From Isurus oxyrinchus (taxonomy: Eukaryota), in contig JANJGN010000005.1 of assembly GCA_026770705.1 (NCBI GenBank), positions 87,916,001-87,980,000 of the forward strand: DNA of 64,000 bases. The letters are read 5' to 3'. The notes beneath the pieces are model-generated. The model searched no databases and was not told where the DNA came from. It was given only the letters and a program-made list of their open reading frames with translations. A program made the translations under genes and the position numbers. Below are positions 1-13,600 of this stretch, piece after piece (position 1 is the first letter of the stretch; each line of letters begins with the position of its first letter).

Positions 1-665
1 TGTGGTATATGAATTTCAGTGTCAGTGTGATGCCAGGTACGTAGGCTGTACATCTCAATAATCAGCAGATAGTATCAAGCATGATGTCCCTTTGGCTGTT
101 TGTAACAGATGAAGTACTGACCGTACCGTACCCAATCAGCCCATGCTTGCAAAACTCAAAACGTACTGTCCAACATGGATGTGATTCTGCAATTGGACAG
201 CATTTGCTAAACAATCCTGATTGTGCTAAGAATTACGTGACAGCCAATTTAAGATTATCAGTCAGGCTCGCTTATGCGTGCTAGAAACTACATGTATTCA
301 CACACAGGGCCCTGTCCTTTGCAGACAGAAGGAGCATGTCCACACGTTGCACCTTTTTTAACTAAACAAAAGAGCCACCCCCTGGTTCATTCACCATGGC
401 AATGCCTTAACTAATATTGAATATAAATATTGAATTTAAAACAAAAGCTTGGCAGTTAACTATTCCCTAGTGCATTCTTCATGGGAATGCCTCTACTAAT
501 CAGGGTCCACTTGCCAACCAATCAGTACTCTCTTCTCATGCAGTATAAATTCCCTTTACAATTGGTATTCTGCAAACCTGCCCTGATGAATGCAAGACAA
601 AAAACTTTGACAGCATGTCTCTTTTTTTCAGCAATATTCAAGTTCTGCACTACCAAGTGACTAAG
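1..665 (+). mobile_element. Penelope-like element 3' fragment (GIY-YIG endonuclease plus terminal repeat), degenerate
   Basis: VVYEFQCQCDARYVGCTSQ (GIY-YIG-like), CDSAIGQHLLNNPDC, and a PVLCRQKEHVHTLHLF* C-terminus. CTGATGA near 584 in the 3' region. Confidence 0.75.
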
Positions 666-674
666 CTATAATTC

Positions 675-1960
675 TTTCACCTCTCTGTAATTTCTTTGCA
701 AATTTGTATCTCTACACCTTTCCCATTAGTTGGCAGGCTATAGGCTACACCGAGCAATATAATTGCACTTTTTTTGTTCCTTAACTCTAGCCAAATAGAT
801 TCTGTCCTTGACCCCTCTAGGATATCCCCAATCTCCAACACTGCAATTCTCTCCTTAATCAAAACCACTACTCCTTCCCCTTTTCTTCCTTTCCTTTTTT
901 CCTGAACACCTAGTATACAGGGATATTTAACACCCAATCGTGCCCTCCTTTGAGCCAGGTCTCTGTTATAGCCACAACATCATATTTCCACATATCAATC
1001 TGTGCCTGTAGCTCACCGATCTTATTAACCACAATCCATGCATTCACAGTACATGCACATTAACCCTGATTTAGACTTTATTACTTTCTCCCTTACTCTG
1101 AGCCTGTTGAATAACTTACTATTCCCTACTCTAGTGCTACCTATCTCTTCCAATATTCTGTGCACCTTGCTTTCCTCTCTGATATTTCCTCATGGTTCCC
1201 AAGCCTTTGCATTTATTTTAAACCTTCCTCAATAGCACTAACGAATCACCCCACAAGGAACTTAGTCCCAGCTTTATTTAGGTGCACCCCTTCTGGCCTG
1301 TACAGGTCCCATCTCCCCCAGAGCCGGTCCCAATGTCCCATGAATCTAAAGCCTTCTTTCCTGCAACATCTTTCCAACCATGCATTCAAATACTTTATCC
1401 TCCTATTTCTTTACTCACTTGCACGTGGCACTGGGAGTAACCTGGAGATGACTACTTTTGGGGTCCTCCTTACTAATTTCCAACCTGGCTTCCTAAATAC
1501 TGACTGCAAGGCCATACCCCTTTTTCTGCCTATGTTGTGCAAACCAATGTGGATGATGACTGTTGGCTATTTACCCTCCCCCCGAGGTGCACTTCAGCCA
1601 CTCAGTGACATCTTTGACTCTGGCACTATGGAGGCAACACACTATCTTGGATTAATGCTGCTGCTGTAGAAATGCCTGTCTATTCCCCTAGCTATCCAAT
1701 CTGCTATCACTATTGCTCTTCCAGTCTCCCTTGTACCCCACTATAAAGCAGAGCCACCGATGGTGCCGTGGACTTGGCTCTGACTGTCCTCCCCAGATGA
1801 ACCATCAGTCTCATTAGTATTCAGACTGCTGGTTGCCTGGTGGTCACCCATTCCTCCCTCTCCCTGCATACTCTTCAGCTGCCGGGCGACCACATCTATA
1901 AATGTGCCACGCATGAATCTCTCAACCTCATGGATGCAACGTATCCAGGACAAAATGGTT
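675..1960 (-). mobile_element. CR1 LINE fragment: ORF1 esterase-like region and ORF2 APE endonuclease start
   Basis: Minus ORF 677-937 RKGEGVVVLIKE...ESIWLELRNKKSAIILLGVAY is CR1 endonuclease; the upstream part parallels ORF1 of the copy at 19900-20825. Confidence 0.85.
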
Positions 1961-2546
1961 GATCAGGATGTGTACTCTAGTGGTTGGAATAACCCTGCCA
2001 TTCCTTTATCTGTTAGTCAATAAACCTTTACTACTGCTAATAAATCTTTAGCTATACTAATAAACTTACTACTCTTAATAAATTTTACCAATACAGATAC
2101 ACTTGCTAATATGGGTAAACCCTACTAATACTTAATACGTCTTATTAGTAGTAATAAACCTTATTTTAGAAAAAAGAAAGATAAGACTCACCATATATAT
2201 TCCCTAGTTTTGAAAAGATAAATAGGAAATAATCACAAGCCAATCACCTACCTGCTTCCCTCTGATGTCGCACCCAATTTTTCATTCCAAACGCAGGCTC
2301 TAAACCCACAGACTAGCTCCTGGTTAGCTGCTTTATTCACTGTTGTGATCTTGCTCCTTCCTGCCACCCTCACAGTAATCTCCTGCTCATCCCTGCGCTG
2401 CTTTTTGTTCCGCTGTGCACTTGCTCTTTCCGGCTGCTCTCATGGTGAACACCCGCTCTCTCCTGCGCTGCTTTATGCCTTACTGTGTTCTCACTCCTTC
2501 CCTCCCTTCTCGCTCTTTCCTGTGCTGCTTTATGCTCCTTCCCGCT

Positions 2547-3200
2547 AGATCCCTGAAGGTAACAGCACAGGTAGTAAAGGTGGTCAAAAAGGTATGCTAG
2601 ATACTTGCCTTTATTGGCTGAGGCTTAAGAGTACGAATGTTGGGAGGTTATGCCAAAACTCTATAAAACATTAGACTGCAGCGAGAGTACTGCGTGGAGT
2701 TCTTGTCACCAAATGACACGAAGAACCTGCTTTCACCGCAAAGGATACAGAGGAATTTTACAAGGATGTTGCCAAGAAAGGAGAATTTTAACTATGAGGA
2801 ATGATTGGCTTGGGTGTCATTGTCTTTTTTTGCAACATAGGAGGCTAGGAGAGATTTTGTTGAGGTGTATAAATTTATGAGGGGGTAGATAGTGGATAGA
2901 AAGGACTTATTTCTGCTGGCAGAGATTTCAATAACCAGGAGGCATAGATTTAAGAAAACGATAGAAGGATTAGTTGGGAGTTCAGTACTTTTTTCATTCA
3001 GAGGGTAGGTTGGGGTCTAGAACTCACTGCCTGAAGGAATGGTAGAGGCAGAAACCCTCATTGCATGTATAAAAAAAAAACTTTTTGGCATGCACTTGAG
3101 CTGCTGTAACCTACAGAACAACAGACCAACAGTCGGAGAGTGGGATTATACTGCATGACTTTTTTTGTTGGAATGAACATAAAAGGCTGATGGACTCCTT
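2547..3200 (+). mobile_element. CR1 LINE 3' fragment, degenerate
   Basis: LYKTL..YCV.F, EVYK and WNSLP-like RT C-terminal motifs followed by a 3' UTR. Confidence 0.75.
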
Positions 3201-3355
3201 TGCCATATATTAATATTTCTTTCTAGTTGAATGTTGATTGCATATACTATCAGAATGTTTAGATTTAGAACTGTTTAAATGTTGTGGTCTGCAACTGAGA
3301 TTCAAATTTCTGAAATTTAGGAAAAATTTTAACTAATTTATTTCATTCACTACAG

Positions 3356-3456
3356 GGGGGGACTAGCAGAGAGGTTAAACAGACTACAATGCAGAGAGAG
3401 GTCTGCCATCAACTTTTGGAGGCATCAGTCTCTAACTGATTCCAAAACTCATGCAG
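3356..3456 (+). CDS. SPIDR: SPIDR internal coding exon (101 bp; phase-2 acceptor, phase-1 donor)
   Basis: Acceptor tttcattcactacAG, donor GTaggg. Translates GGLAERLNRLQCRERSAINFWRHQSLTDSKTHA, matching the recalled vertebrate SPIDR segment GGLAERLNGLQNRERSAISLWRHQ. Not in the ORF track. Confidence 0.93.
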
Positions 3457-3584
3457 GTAGGGTATCTATACTACTTCAAAAATAATCTTTATATAGGAAT
3501 CATCTATGCAAATCTACTTTTTCAACAATTTATTTACAGGAACTGTGGTCAGTATTATTTATGAAAAGGCTCTTTTCTTCATTT

Positions 3585-4285
3585 TATATTCTTTCATTGA
3601 ATGTATGCATTGCTGACAAGGCCAGCATTTATTGTTTATCCTTAATTGTCTTTGAGAAGGTGGTGGTGAGCCACCTTCTCGACCTGTTGCAGTCCACTTG
3701 GTGCAGCTATATCCACAGTGCTCTTAGGGAAGGAGTTCCAGGATTTTAACCCAGCAACAGTGAAGGAACAGTGATATAGTTCCAGGTCAGGAAGATGTGT
3801 GGCTTGAAGGGGAACTTGCAAGTGATGGTGTTCCTATGCACCTGGTACCCTTGTCCTTCTAGGTGGTAGGTTGCTGGTTTGGAAAGTGTTGTCAAAGGAA
3901 CCTTGGTGAGTTATTGCAGCTCATCCTGTATATGGTACACATAGCTGTCACTTGTGTGTTGGTAATGGAAGGAGTGAATGTTTAAGGTGGTGGATGGGGT
4001 ACTGATCAAGCAGACTGCTTTGTCCAGGATGGTTTTGTGTGTTGTGGGAGCTACACTCATGCAGGCAAGTGGGGGAGTACTCCATCACACTCCTGACTTG
4101 TGCCTTGTAGATGGTGAGCAGGCTTTGGAGAGTCAGATGGTGAGTTACTCACAGCAGAAATCCCAGCCTCTGACCTGTTCTTGTAACCACAGTATTTATA
4201 TGGCTGGTCCAGTTCAGTTTCTGGTCAGTGGAAATTCCATTCAAAGACGGGGTTCAGCAGTAGTAATGCCATTGAATGTGCCTAT
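3585..4285 (-). mobile_element. non-LTR retrotransposon 3' end (CR1/L2-group family also at 26925, 57395, 60385)
   Basis: Shared terminal sequence gccagcatttattg...taattg...ttgagaaggtggtggtgagc recurs in four places. Confidence 0.75.
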
Positions 4286-4389
4286 TCCAAACATATTTTC
4301 ATAATGATTTAAAAACAGCATGTAACTTTGTGAGAATGCCAACATGGTGTAGTTGGCAGAACTTCTGAGAACTTAGAAGATTCTAAGTA

Positions 4390-4770
4390 TAAGGCAAACA
4401 TCAGGATTTGAGAACCTAATCTAAGCTGACAATCCAGTGTAGTACTGGACAAATACTGAATTTTCTGAAATGCCATTAAAGAAGTCCCTTTGACCTGTTG
4501 CAGCGGTTGAGTTGGGCGTTGAAGATCAAATGGCAGTTTTTGAAGCAGAGCAGGAAATTCTGTGGTATATTGACAAATGGTCCTCCCTCCACCAAAGGCA
4601 TAATCATCATTGTATTGCTGTTTGTGAGATCTTCCTATGTTCAAATGGCTACTGTGTTATACATGGCAATGGTCATTGCACTTCACAATAATTCATTGTA
4701 TGTCAGCCTTTTTGAGACATTTCGGAGAGATGTGATCATGTGCTATAGAAATGCCTGTCTATTTTCTTTG
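4390..4770 (+). mobile_element. Deu-domain SINE (SacSINE1/AmnSINE1-like), degenerate
   Basis: gctgacaatccagtgtagtactg...gaagagcagg...cattgtattgctgtttgtg...gctatagaaatgc resembles the recalled Deu-SINE body and tail. Confidence 0.6.
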
Positions 4771-5324
4771 AACAGTGCAAGGTGAAACACATACAGTAGC
4801 TAACAAAATATACTTGGCATTAAGAAAATGGCCTTGCATATTCTTAATGATAAATTGGCTGTGGATGCACTTAAAAACAATGAGTAGAGAATTAAAATTT
4901 AATTTGGAGAAGAAAAGTATCCACTGTCATTGGAGTTGGTCCTCTATCTAGTATAGTTACAATTCTGGTAAACCCAGCTGTACTGAAACTAGAGAAGGTT
5001 CCTATTGATAAGCCAAGATGGCCTATGATAGTGTGCTCTGTGCAAATTACATTTATTGCTTTGTGGATCTCTAGTAGGATTTCTATTACATTGCTATTCT
5101 ATTACTCATCATTTGAAAAGATGGCTAATATCAGACATACCAGATATGATTTTGTAGGGGCTAAATTACCAAGCAGGTTTATTTACAGATTGAATTGCTT
5201 ACAACAGCAAACTGTATAGCAAGTTGTTAAAGATAATGCAGCAATTTGGAACCAGCTTATGAAAGAGTTGAACAGATAAGCCAGCTGATTTGAATGTCTT
5301 TTCCTGCAAATTTTTCAACTATTA

Positions 5325-6055
5325 GATCACAGAATTGTTACGGTGCAGAAGGAGACCATTCAGCCTATCATGTCTGCACTGGCTCTCTAAATGAACATTA
5401 TGACCTAGTGCCATTCTCCTGCCTTCTCCCTATACCCTTGCACATTGATTTTACTTAAAAATCATCTAATGTCCTCTTGAATGCCTCGATTGAACCTGCC
5501 TGTATCACACTTCCAGGCGGTGCATTCCAGGCTCAAACCATTCACTGTGTGAAAAAGTTATTTCTTGCATTACATTTGCTTCTTTTGCAAATCACTAAAT
5601 CTATGCCCTCTCATTCTCGATCCTTTTACAAGTGGGGATACTTTCTCCCTATCTACTCTATCCAGCTCCCTCATGATCTTGAACACCTCTATCAAATCTT
5701 CTCTTAACCTTCTCTCCAAGGAGAACAGTCCCAACCTTTCCAATCTATCTTCATAACTGAAGTTTCTTCTTCCTGGAACCATTCTTGTTAACCTCTTCTG
5801 CACTCCCTCCAATGCGTTCACATCCTTCCTATTGTGTTGCTCCCAGAACTATATGCAATACCCCAGCTGAGGTCTAACTAGTGTCTTACATAAGCTCAGC
5901 ATAGCCTCCTTGCTCTTGTACTCTATGCCCCTAGGATACTATTTTCTTTATTAACTGCTCTCTCCACCTGTCCTGCCACCTTCTGTGATTTATGCACATA
6001 TACATTCAGGCCTCTCTGCTCCTGCACCCAGTTAAGAATAGCACCCCTTATTTTA
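5325..6055 (-). mobile_element. CR1 LINE 3' fragment
   Basis: Minus ORF NALEGVQKRLTRMVPG...SYEDRLERLGLFSLERRLREDLIEVFKIMR. Confidence 0.9.
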
Positions 6056-6187
6056 TCTCTAAGTACTGCTCAAATGAGAATAGGTGTATGTTACCTACTG
6101 TTAATAGTTTTTCTCAGAATTATGTTAGTGCCTTAGAATGTTTTTCCTCTGTGCCTGTTGAAGATGGGCTTAAACCATAACTAACTG

Positions 6188-7085
6188 TGTTTATGGAACA
6201 GCGGTTCATAACTGCTGAGTTGCTCAAATCCCAGAGGGAAACTTGAAACAGCTGCTATGACTGTTTTGCAATTTGTATCTTATTTTGAGATGCGTGCCTT
6301 GAGTTAAGTAGTAATAAGTCCACCAACACTTGAGGTTTTTTACAAAACTAAATTAAACATTTATTAATATAAGAAAATATTTTAAGCACAAAGGTCTACA
6401 AATTGCTACAATAATAACTCCTAATTCCACTAATTAATATGGCTCCCAGTTACACCTCCGTTAAGACAACAGTAAAAACAAAGTAGAATTAAAGAAACCC
6501 AGGCAAAGCACACAATACCCTGGACAGCGATATTCAAAGTGAATTTTCTTGGCTTCAATTCCTGTCGACAGCGACTTGATGCACAGAGGCTGAAGACTTT
6601 TCACACTTGTCTTCGATCTTAGAATGCCCTCCCCTCCCCTTACACATAACCTCATCTCCTTTATACATGTTTCTCCGTTTTTAATGTAAATTCCATTGTT
6701 CCAAAATGTCATTGCAACTTTACTTCTCTAATAAAATAAATCTTTCATAGTACTCATATTATCAGTAACCATGAGAAAAATAAACACACTGGCTTAGCTT
6801 CTTATGGCTAGGTGTAACACCTTACCATCTCTTTGAAATTCAATCTAACCTAATTTATCTAAAAATGCAAATGTTCCTCACACCTCACATTCTGAAACTT
6901 ATTTATGTTTACATATTTAGCATTTCAAACCTAGCTTCCCTTTTGATGACTCAAAAGCTCCAGACCAGCTGTCTCCAATTCAATTAAATCCCCCCCACAC
7001 TCATCCATACAGAGAAACTAATCCAAACCCCACTATTAACCTACCTTTACAATAATATTATGAAAATTATTATGTTTTCATGACA
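6188..7085. mobile_element. solo-LTR-like element (898 bp) with 4-bp TSD ACTG
   Basis: actg|TGTTTATG...TCATGACA|actg: TG...CA termini, TSD at 6184-6187 and 7086-7089; shares cccagag.gaaac with the element at 21039. Confidence 0.7.
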
Positions 7086-7579
7086 ACTGATATATCCAAA
7101 CTGTTCAACTCTTATGCTTGTAAAGTTTCTTGAAATGCAATTTTTGAGAAAGCAATTTGTAAAATGGTGGCATTTCACTCAAACAATGAACAACAGCCTT
7201 TGTAAAGCAATCAATAGCATAGCAATGGACATGTGGGGTGGAATTTAATCCAGGCAAGGAGAGTCATGTATCGCCTCCTTTGGGAATAGGTCTGCCATGT
7301 TAAGTAGGCACTTAAATGGATAGCGGCAGGCCATCTCTGGGATCAAAGATCCAATTTTGTTGTGGGGGGGTGGATGGGGGAAGGCCATCCACCGAAAGCT
7401 GCCGGCCAGTTGGAAACCGACAGCTCTTCATTGTAAGTAGCTTCACTGCGGGAGCAGTGGTAGCTACCAGCAAGGCCAAACGGGGGCAGCTTCAGCAGAC
7501 CCTGCTTCTTGATCTGGGCCCTTTGATCAGGCACTGCTCTGCTTAGTGATTAAGTTCCTAGATGCGCATAGCTGCTATC

Positions 7580-8810
7580 AACAGCAACAGTTTGCATTTA
7601 TGTAACACTTCTAACGTAGTTAAAACGTCCTAACTTGCTTTACAAGACTGTTATCATGCAAAATTTGACACAAGGTATTAGACAGGTGACAGAAAGTTTG
7701 ATCATAGAGGTAGGTTTTATGGAGTGCTGTAAAGGAGGAGAGACAGGTGAAGAAGCAGAAAGGTTAGGAAGGGAATCCAGAATCATAGAGCCTGAATAGC
7801 TGAAGCAATGACAGGGTGAAGGAAGTCTGAAATGCTCAAGAGGCCAGAATTAGAGTAACACCGAGCTCTTAGAAATTTGTGATGCTGGAGGAGGTTACAG
7901 TGCTAGGGAAGAATTCAAATTCAAGGTATGTTGAACTTGGAGTCAATGTAGATCAATAGACACAGGGGTGATAGGTGAAATGGGCCTTTGTATGAGTTGC
8001 AATACTGGTAGCAGAATTTTGGAAGAGCTCAAAAATTGAGTTCAATCAACAGTATTGGTTTCACTGACATCTTTCTGATGTTCTTCATGCAGAGCTAAAA
8101 TAATGGAACAGGTGTAGAGGAGGAAACTCAACTCAGAATTGAATATTATGCTGAAGTTCCGTATATTCTGCCATAACCTGAAGAGATGGGAAGCTGGGAA
8201 GATTGTTGAAGCATAGGACAAAGATAGTTGGATGTTGATGGACACAAACGAGGACAACTTCGGTTTTCCTATCATTAATTTGGAGAAATGTTTGGATCTT
8301 TCGGGCCTTGATGTCAGATAGGTGGTTAAAGCTACTACCGTCAGACAGACGTAATGCTGCTGTATTTTTGAAACAAATGTGAACAAAGCTGCAGAAAGGT
8401 TGGGAAGGACTAGGAGGGATTGTTTACCTTTGTCACAGCCATCTAGATTGTAATTTGTGACTTTGAGAGCTGTTTCGGTACTGTGGAAGGGGTGGAAACC
8501 CTATTGGTCGGATTCAAACATGGGAATTCCGGGAAATATTGTAACGGATTTGGAAGGCGACAGCACATTTAGGACTTTGGAGAGAAAAGGGAGGTAGGAG
8601 ATGGGACAAATGGTTGGGTCAAGGGTGTGTATTTTTGAGGAGTGATGATAGCACATTTAAAGGGGAGAGGGGCAAAACTTGAAGAGAGAGAACAATTTGC
8701 ATGGTGGCCAGGAGGGGAAGTTGAGTAATAGCAGTTTAGTGGAAATAGGTTCAAGGGAACAGGAGGTAGATCTCAAGGTCAACTTGAGCTCAGGTGCCAT
8801 GAGGGGAGAT
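7580..8810 (-). mobile_element. L2 LINE fragment, old
   Basis: Starts with the reverse complement of an L2-type tail (aacagcaacagtttgcatttatgtaacac); body resembles the reverse complement of the L2 at 14216-15700. Confidence 0.6.
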
Positions 8811-9136
8811 GGGAGAAAAATAAGACAAAAATGCAAATAATAGGCCAATTTTTTGCCTTTCACATTGCATGTTGACATTGAGCAATTAAGTAAGACCCAG
8901 TCCAAGCCAGGTGCAAAATAAAATTCACCATGACCTCTGAAAATCATCACCAACTGCATATGTATCCAATTTTTCGATTCCCACACCTGTATCTTATTTA
9001 ATACCTTGTAGTTTTAGGCAAAATAAAAATAAAACTGTAATTGAAGCATCGGATGGAGTAGGGGAAGAAGTAGGTAATTGCTGAACACCCATCTTGTTTT
9101 TAGTGAAAAGGTAAAAGCAAATTAGAAATGGTGAGG

Positions 9137-9268
9137 CTCAGCAGGCCTGACAGCATCTGCGCAGAGGAATACAGCCCTCTATGCAGATGCTGTCAGACCT
9201 GCTGAGCTTTTCCAGGTATTTTAGTTTTTGTTTCGGATTTCCTACATCCGCAGTGTTTTGCTTTTATC
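9137..9268. mobile_element. fold-back Penelope-terminal-repeat insertion with 15-bp TSD
   Basis: 32-bp inverted arms (9136-9167 / 9176-9207, 3 mismatches); direct repeat TTAGAAATGGTGAGG at 9122-9136 and 9269-9283. Confidence 0.8.
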
Positions 9269-9479
9269 TTAGAAATGGTGAGGGGTGTATTAAGTTATGA
9301 AAAGACGCAATGTACAAAATGGCGTAAAATAAACATTGAGACAAATGACAAAAACCTGAAACTTGACATATGAAGGCAACAATAATAGCAACACACCTTA
9401 GACCACGTGCAGCCCAAGAGAGAGAGTGGCCAACATTCCAGGTACAGACATTCTCTCCTCTTCCTGCTCCCTGTATTCT

Positions 9480-10643
9480 GACAATTTCCCGGCTTTCCAC
9501 ACCTGCCTTGGGGGAAAAAGCGCTGTGAATAGCGGGATCTTCATTCCAGGGGTGTAGGGGGTGGCAGGTGAGGGATGGAGTTGGGCCCGCCGTTCCTGGA
9601 TGCAGGTTGTGGAGCACATGGACTACCAAATGCTGAGACAGACTGTTTAAAAGGCCCGCCTTGGTTCTCTGGGACTTAATCCCAGTTGTTTTCTTGAACG
9701 TTAGCCTGCATCCCTCACATCCCCTAACACCCCCCCACCCAATCTCCATGCCCATACCTGCTGAATGCCAACCAATGCTGCCCATCCACCTTCATGGCCC
9801 CTTTTTGCAGTATGCCATCTTAGTGCCAACTCATGACCCCCACCCATCCCCTTGCCAACTTAGAGCCAACTCTTGAGCCCCTACCCATCACCCTGTGCCC
9901 TTACACCGCCCTCCTCAAGTCACCCTGTATCCACCAAGGCAGACCTCAGGAGCCATGTTGAGATGAAATAAAATATAAAGTTCTAAATAACCCTTACAGA
10001 ATTCAATCTTAATCATGAAAACCCATTCAACACATTTAAATCCCCTCAAGTACTTAATCCATTATAAAGTCAAATATTTGTATTCATAACCCCACATTAA
10101 AGACATCTAATCTTTTAATTACCTCTGTGAGATATCATTCAAGTTATGAACTCTGAATGCCGCCACTGTGGTTGAGAGGTTGTGGAATGCAGCCAAGCAT
10201 TAATGATTTTATAATATTAGCACTTAGGGTCATGTCAACAAACAGCTATTGAAACTACTAGAACAGATTTTTTTCCCCCCAGCTCTCATAGGCACAGGCA
10301 GGCAGTTTTTTTCAATTTTAAAGGATTGTCCATTTAAATAACTTTGCAGCTTGACAGTTGTACAGACCTTATCTGCCCCTCAAGAGCATTTACAACTTCT
10401 CTGCAGAATAAGGACCTCCCTCCAGTGAAAATGCAGCCTATTTGAACTCAGCAGAGAAATACCATACAGAGTTCAAGTTTCCTGCATGTGGGAGTCATGT
10501 CATGCTTCCCCAGTCCCGCACCTCCCCCACCCCCAGGCAAAGATTGGATTTGTCAGAAACGGGAGCAGGACCTACTAATTTGGGTCCTGCCAGCCACTTT
10601 GGGAGGTTCCAGGAGTCTCCACAACTCTGCAAAACTCCAGGCC
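9480..10643. mobile_element. putative non-autonomous Harbinger-related DNA element
   Basis: GC-rich subterminal regions; ends aaaactccaggcc, similar to the TIR of the Harbinger at 44982-49383. Left end unclear. Confidence 0.4.
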
Positions 10644-13600
10644 AAAAGGTCTACAGCCACAGTGAAAACTTATCTGTAGCAGAAAATATGGGAGAGAAAG
10701 CTAAACTTCAGAATGAGAAGTATACATGAAGCTTATACTTTAATTGTCAACTTAATTATGTAGTAATTTTTAAGTCAGCCAGTTATACATCCAAGTGTAA
10801 TTTCATCTCCAGGATTTGAACTCTCAATCTATAGGCTGACATATCAGTGCAGTTTTGCGGGCTGCATTGTCAAAGTTCACATCTCTCAGATGAAACCTAA
10901 AATCTAGGCTCTCGGGTAGAAGTAAAGATGGCGTAGTAGGGAGCGCTCTCAATATCCTGGTCAACATTCACCCTTCAAGCAATACTATCTGGCTGACATG
11001 AAGCCTAGCGAGAAGGAAAGCGAGCACAAGCCATTGTTGTGCAAGAGCAGGAGAGTGGGAAATGTAGCCGATAAAGTCAAGGCACAATTGGCTATAGCTG
11101 AGGGGACACCTTGGAGGAAGAAAGTAGACATTTCCGAAGTCCTGCTGCTGAAGTTGGAATCATTAGAGCAGGTCAAGATACTGGAAGATTGGGATATTGC
11201 CTTTACAAGAAGTGGGTTAAAAGAAGCATAATTCGGGTAGTTGTGGGACCCTGTGAGATTTTATTAGGAAACTTGTAAAGCTGGAGAGTGGGAAGCCTCA
11301 TGAAGTGCATCAGGACTGGACCATGTAAAGGGATGAAGGAAAATGTCATCTTAAAGCCAAATTAATAAAAGTCATTAATTAATTTAAATGATTTCTTTGA
11401 CCTCTTCCCTTTCTGAATAAATTAGGCACTTACATTGAACTGGCTGGATGATGACAAGATGGCATTGCATGTTAAAACAGCAGCACACAGTGTTGAGAAG
11501 TGGACCACTTGCTTTGCCCATGTTGCTGTGGAGAGGCGCTCCATGGTAGTCTGCCATTTCCTTCTAAGGAATGGTGGAAGAGTCACACATCCTCAGGCCA
11601 GCTCACCAGATTAAAAGCAGGTTGATCACCTGTTCTCTAGACTGTAGGTGGTGCAACATATGGAAAAAAGCAGAGAAGATAGCCTTAAAAAGAATACTAC
11701 AACAAGTAGAGTTGTTTGTGAAAGTGAGAAGAATATTATAATAACACAACAGACAGAATCTTTCAGAATATGTCGAGGCCATGGTCTAGTTAAAACAAAT
11801 GTTTGCTTTTTCCAGAAATTGTTAGAAGTTTATTTTCTATACTGCTGAATAGTACATCTTAGTATACTTTAGTATTAGTACTGTGGGAAAATTCCGTTTT
11901 CAGAAGTTATATATAGAGGTCATGCATGCACCCCATTGAAAAGATGACGACAAAGTTTTTCCCAATTGTCAGCAAAATTCTGGTGTGAACTTTGCTGTCT
12001 GATTGCTTGCAGCATTCCACTGTAACTTGTTCCAGTATAGTTTGTATTTTTCCACTTTCAGAACAAAATGTTCAACTTGCCAGCACATTTTTGTCAGGTC
12101 TTGACTTGTATAGTAACGACTTAAATTTACTTTGAAGAGTTTATGGCACAAACATTATGAATAAATATCCAAAGATACAATTTGTACTCAGTTTAATGTT
12201 TATACCCATAACTCTTCTTCTCTTCCTTATCAGCGCCCCCCACCCTCCCCCTTGCCCCCAGTGTCCCCCACCAAAATGAGAGCAAAAAATTAGCATTGTG
12301 TGTGCTTCATGAACGAGTGATTTTCAGCTGAAATATCTTCATGTCAATTGCGAGATGGTAACAACCTATTTTGGAATTGTAGAAAAAATAAGTGACTTTT
12401 GATGCAACTTTATGATAAACCCTTTTAATTTGAGCTCAGTGATCAGTACTTAATAGAAAAATAATTTTAAAATATAATTTTTGGATGGCACAGCAAAATG
12501 TAGCACCTGAGTGACCAGGTATAGTTTTTGTGCCCTTGCTCAGGTGAGTTCTAAGCCTCATCTTTATTATTGTAAGATGATGCTGAGTGAAGACAAGGTA
12601 CTTCCTCAGAGGGCAGCAGGCGAACTTGATACATGCCGCTGAGCACATCTTGCCAATTTCAGAGCAGCATGACAGGGCTCTGAGAACAGATTGTATTTCA
12701 ACTTCCTTGAGGCTTCACCAGTGTATAGTTTGGGAATGTGATTTGTTTATGTGGGGAAAGGAATTAGAATGTAAGATGCTTTCCAAACAAATGGTAACAA
12801 AAGTTTGAACAGTTCTTAAAAGAAATAGGTATGGTCAGGCTATGGAACTAGACTTATTGAAGAAATGATAAGTTCTACTGTATAGAAAGCTTATTCATTT
12901 TTTTTTCATTTTTATAGAAACCTGCTCCTCAACAGTTCTCATATACAGACTTTGTCCCCTATCATCTGACATCTGAACTTTGTATTCTGTCCTTGCAACA
13001 TTGTGTAATTGCTTCACTTGTGATAATCTGCTTACTGAATTTAATTTAGTTCCATGCTACACCATAAAATTCTTTGAAGTTGCAAATATTACCACTCAGA
13101 CCAAAAGTTTATGGACTCAAACAATTTCTATTTATTTAAATTTAAATCATATTATTCAGCATAAAATCAACCATATTTTTTGGTGCTGGCATGGCAAAAT
13201 TCATGACTTTGTCTCCCTGGAGGTCTTTGTATCAGTGTACCGTAGGGCATCCCTGAACCAGGGCAACCAAGCTTAAAACAAACTGCTTCTAGGTGCTCTG
13301 CAGCTCTCTGAAACAGACTTCAGACCCGCTTTATGCTCCATTTTTCAGCATTGTAGCCTTCACTTTAGACCTGTATCTGCAGACACTCAGTGCTGTTTTT
13401 TCCCAATTTACTTCTCACCATCTTAACCATTTTATATTATTTACTACTTTTTTGTGTCTTTTGTTTAGTCAGTGAGGTAATACTCTTAAAAAGGAGTGGT
13501 TTTTGGGTTTGGATTGAAGGCAGCATAGGTTATACAGTTTCTCTTCTGTGCTGTAGAATATCTCCACGCCTATGGGTAATTTGCTGGAGTGAGGTGCAGT

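Noticed and set aside
580-625. Functional hammerhead in the first Penelope fragment
   Set aside because: CTGATGA is present, but GAAA and the stems are too decayed to support a fold.
1160-1669. 169-aa + strand ORF as a host gene
   Set aside because: It is the antisense reading of CR1 ORF1; the same antisense peptide recurs at 19978-20271.
12895-12960. Polypyrimidine/AG acceptor as a hidden exon
   Set aside because: No SPIDR-like peptide, and the flanking exons already join in frame without it.
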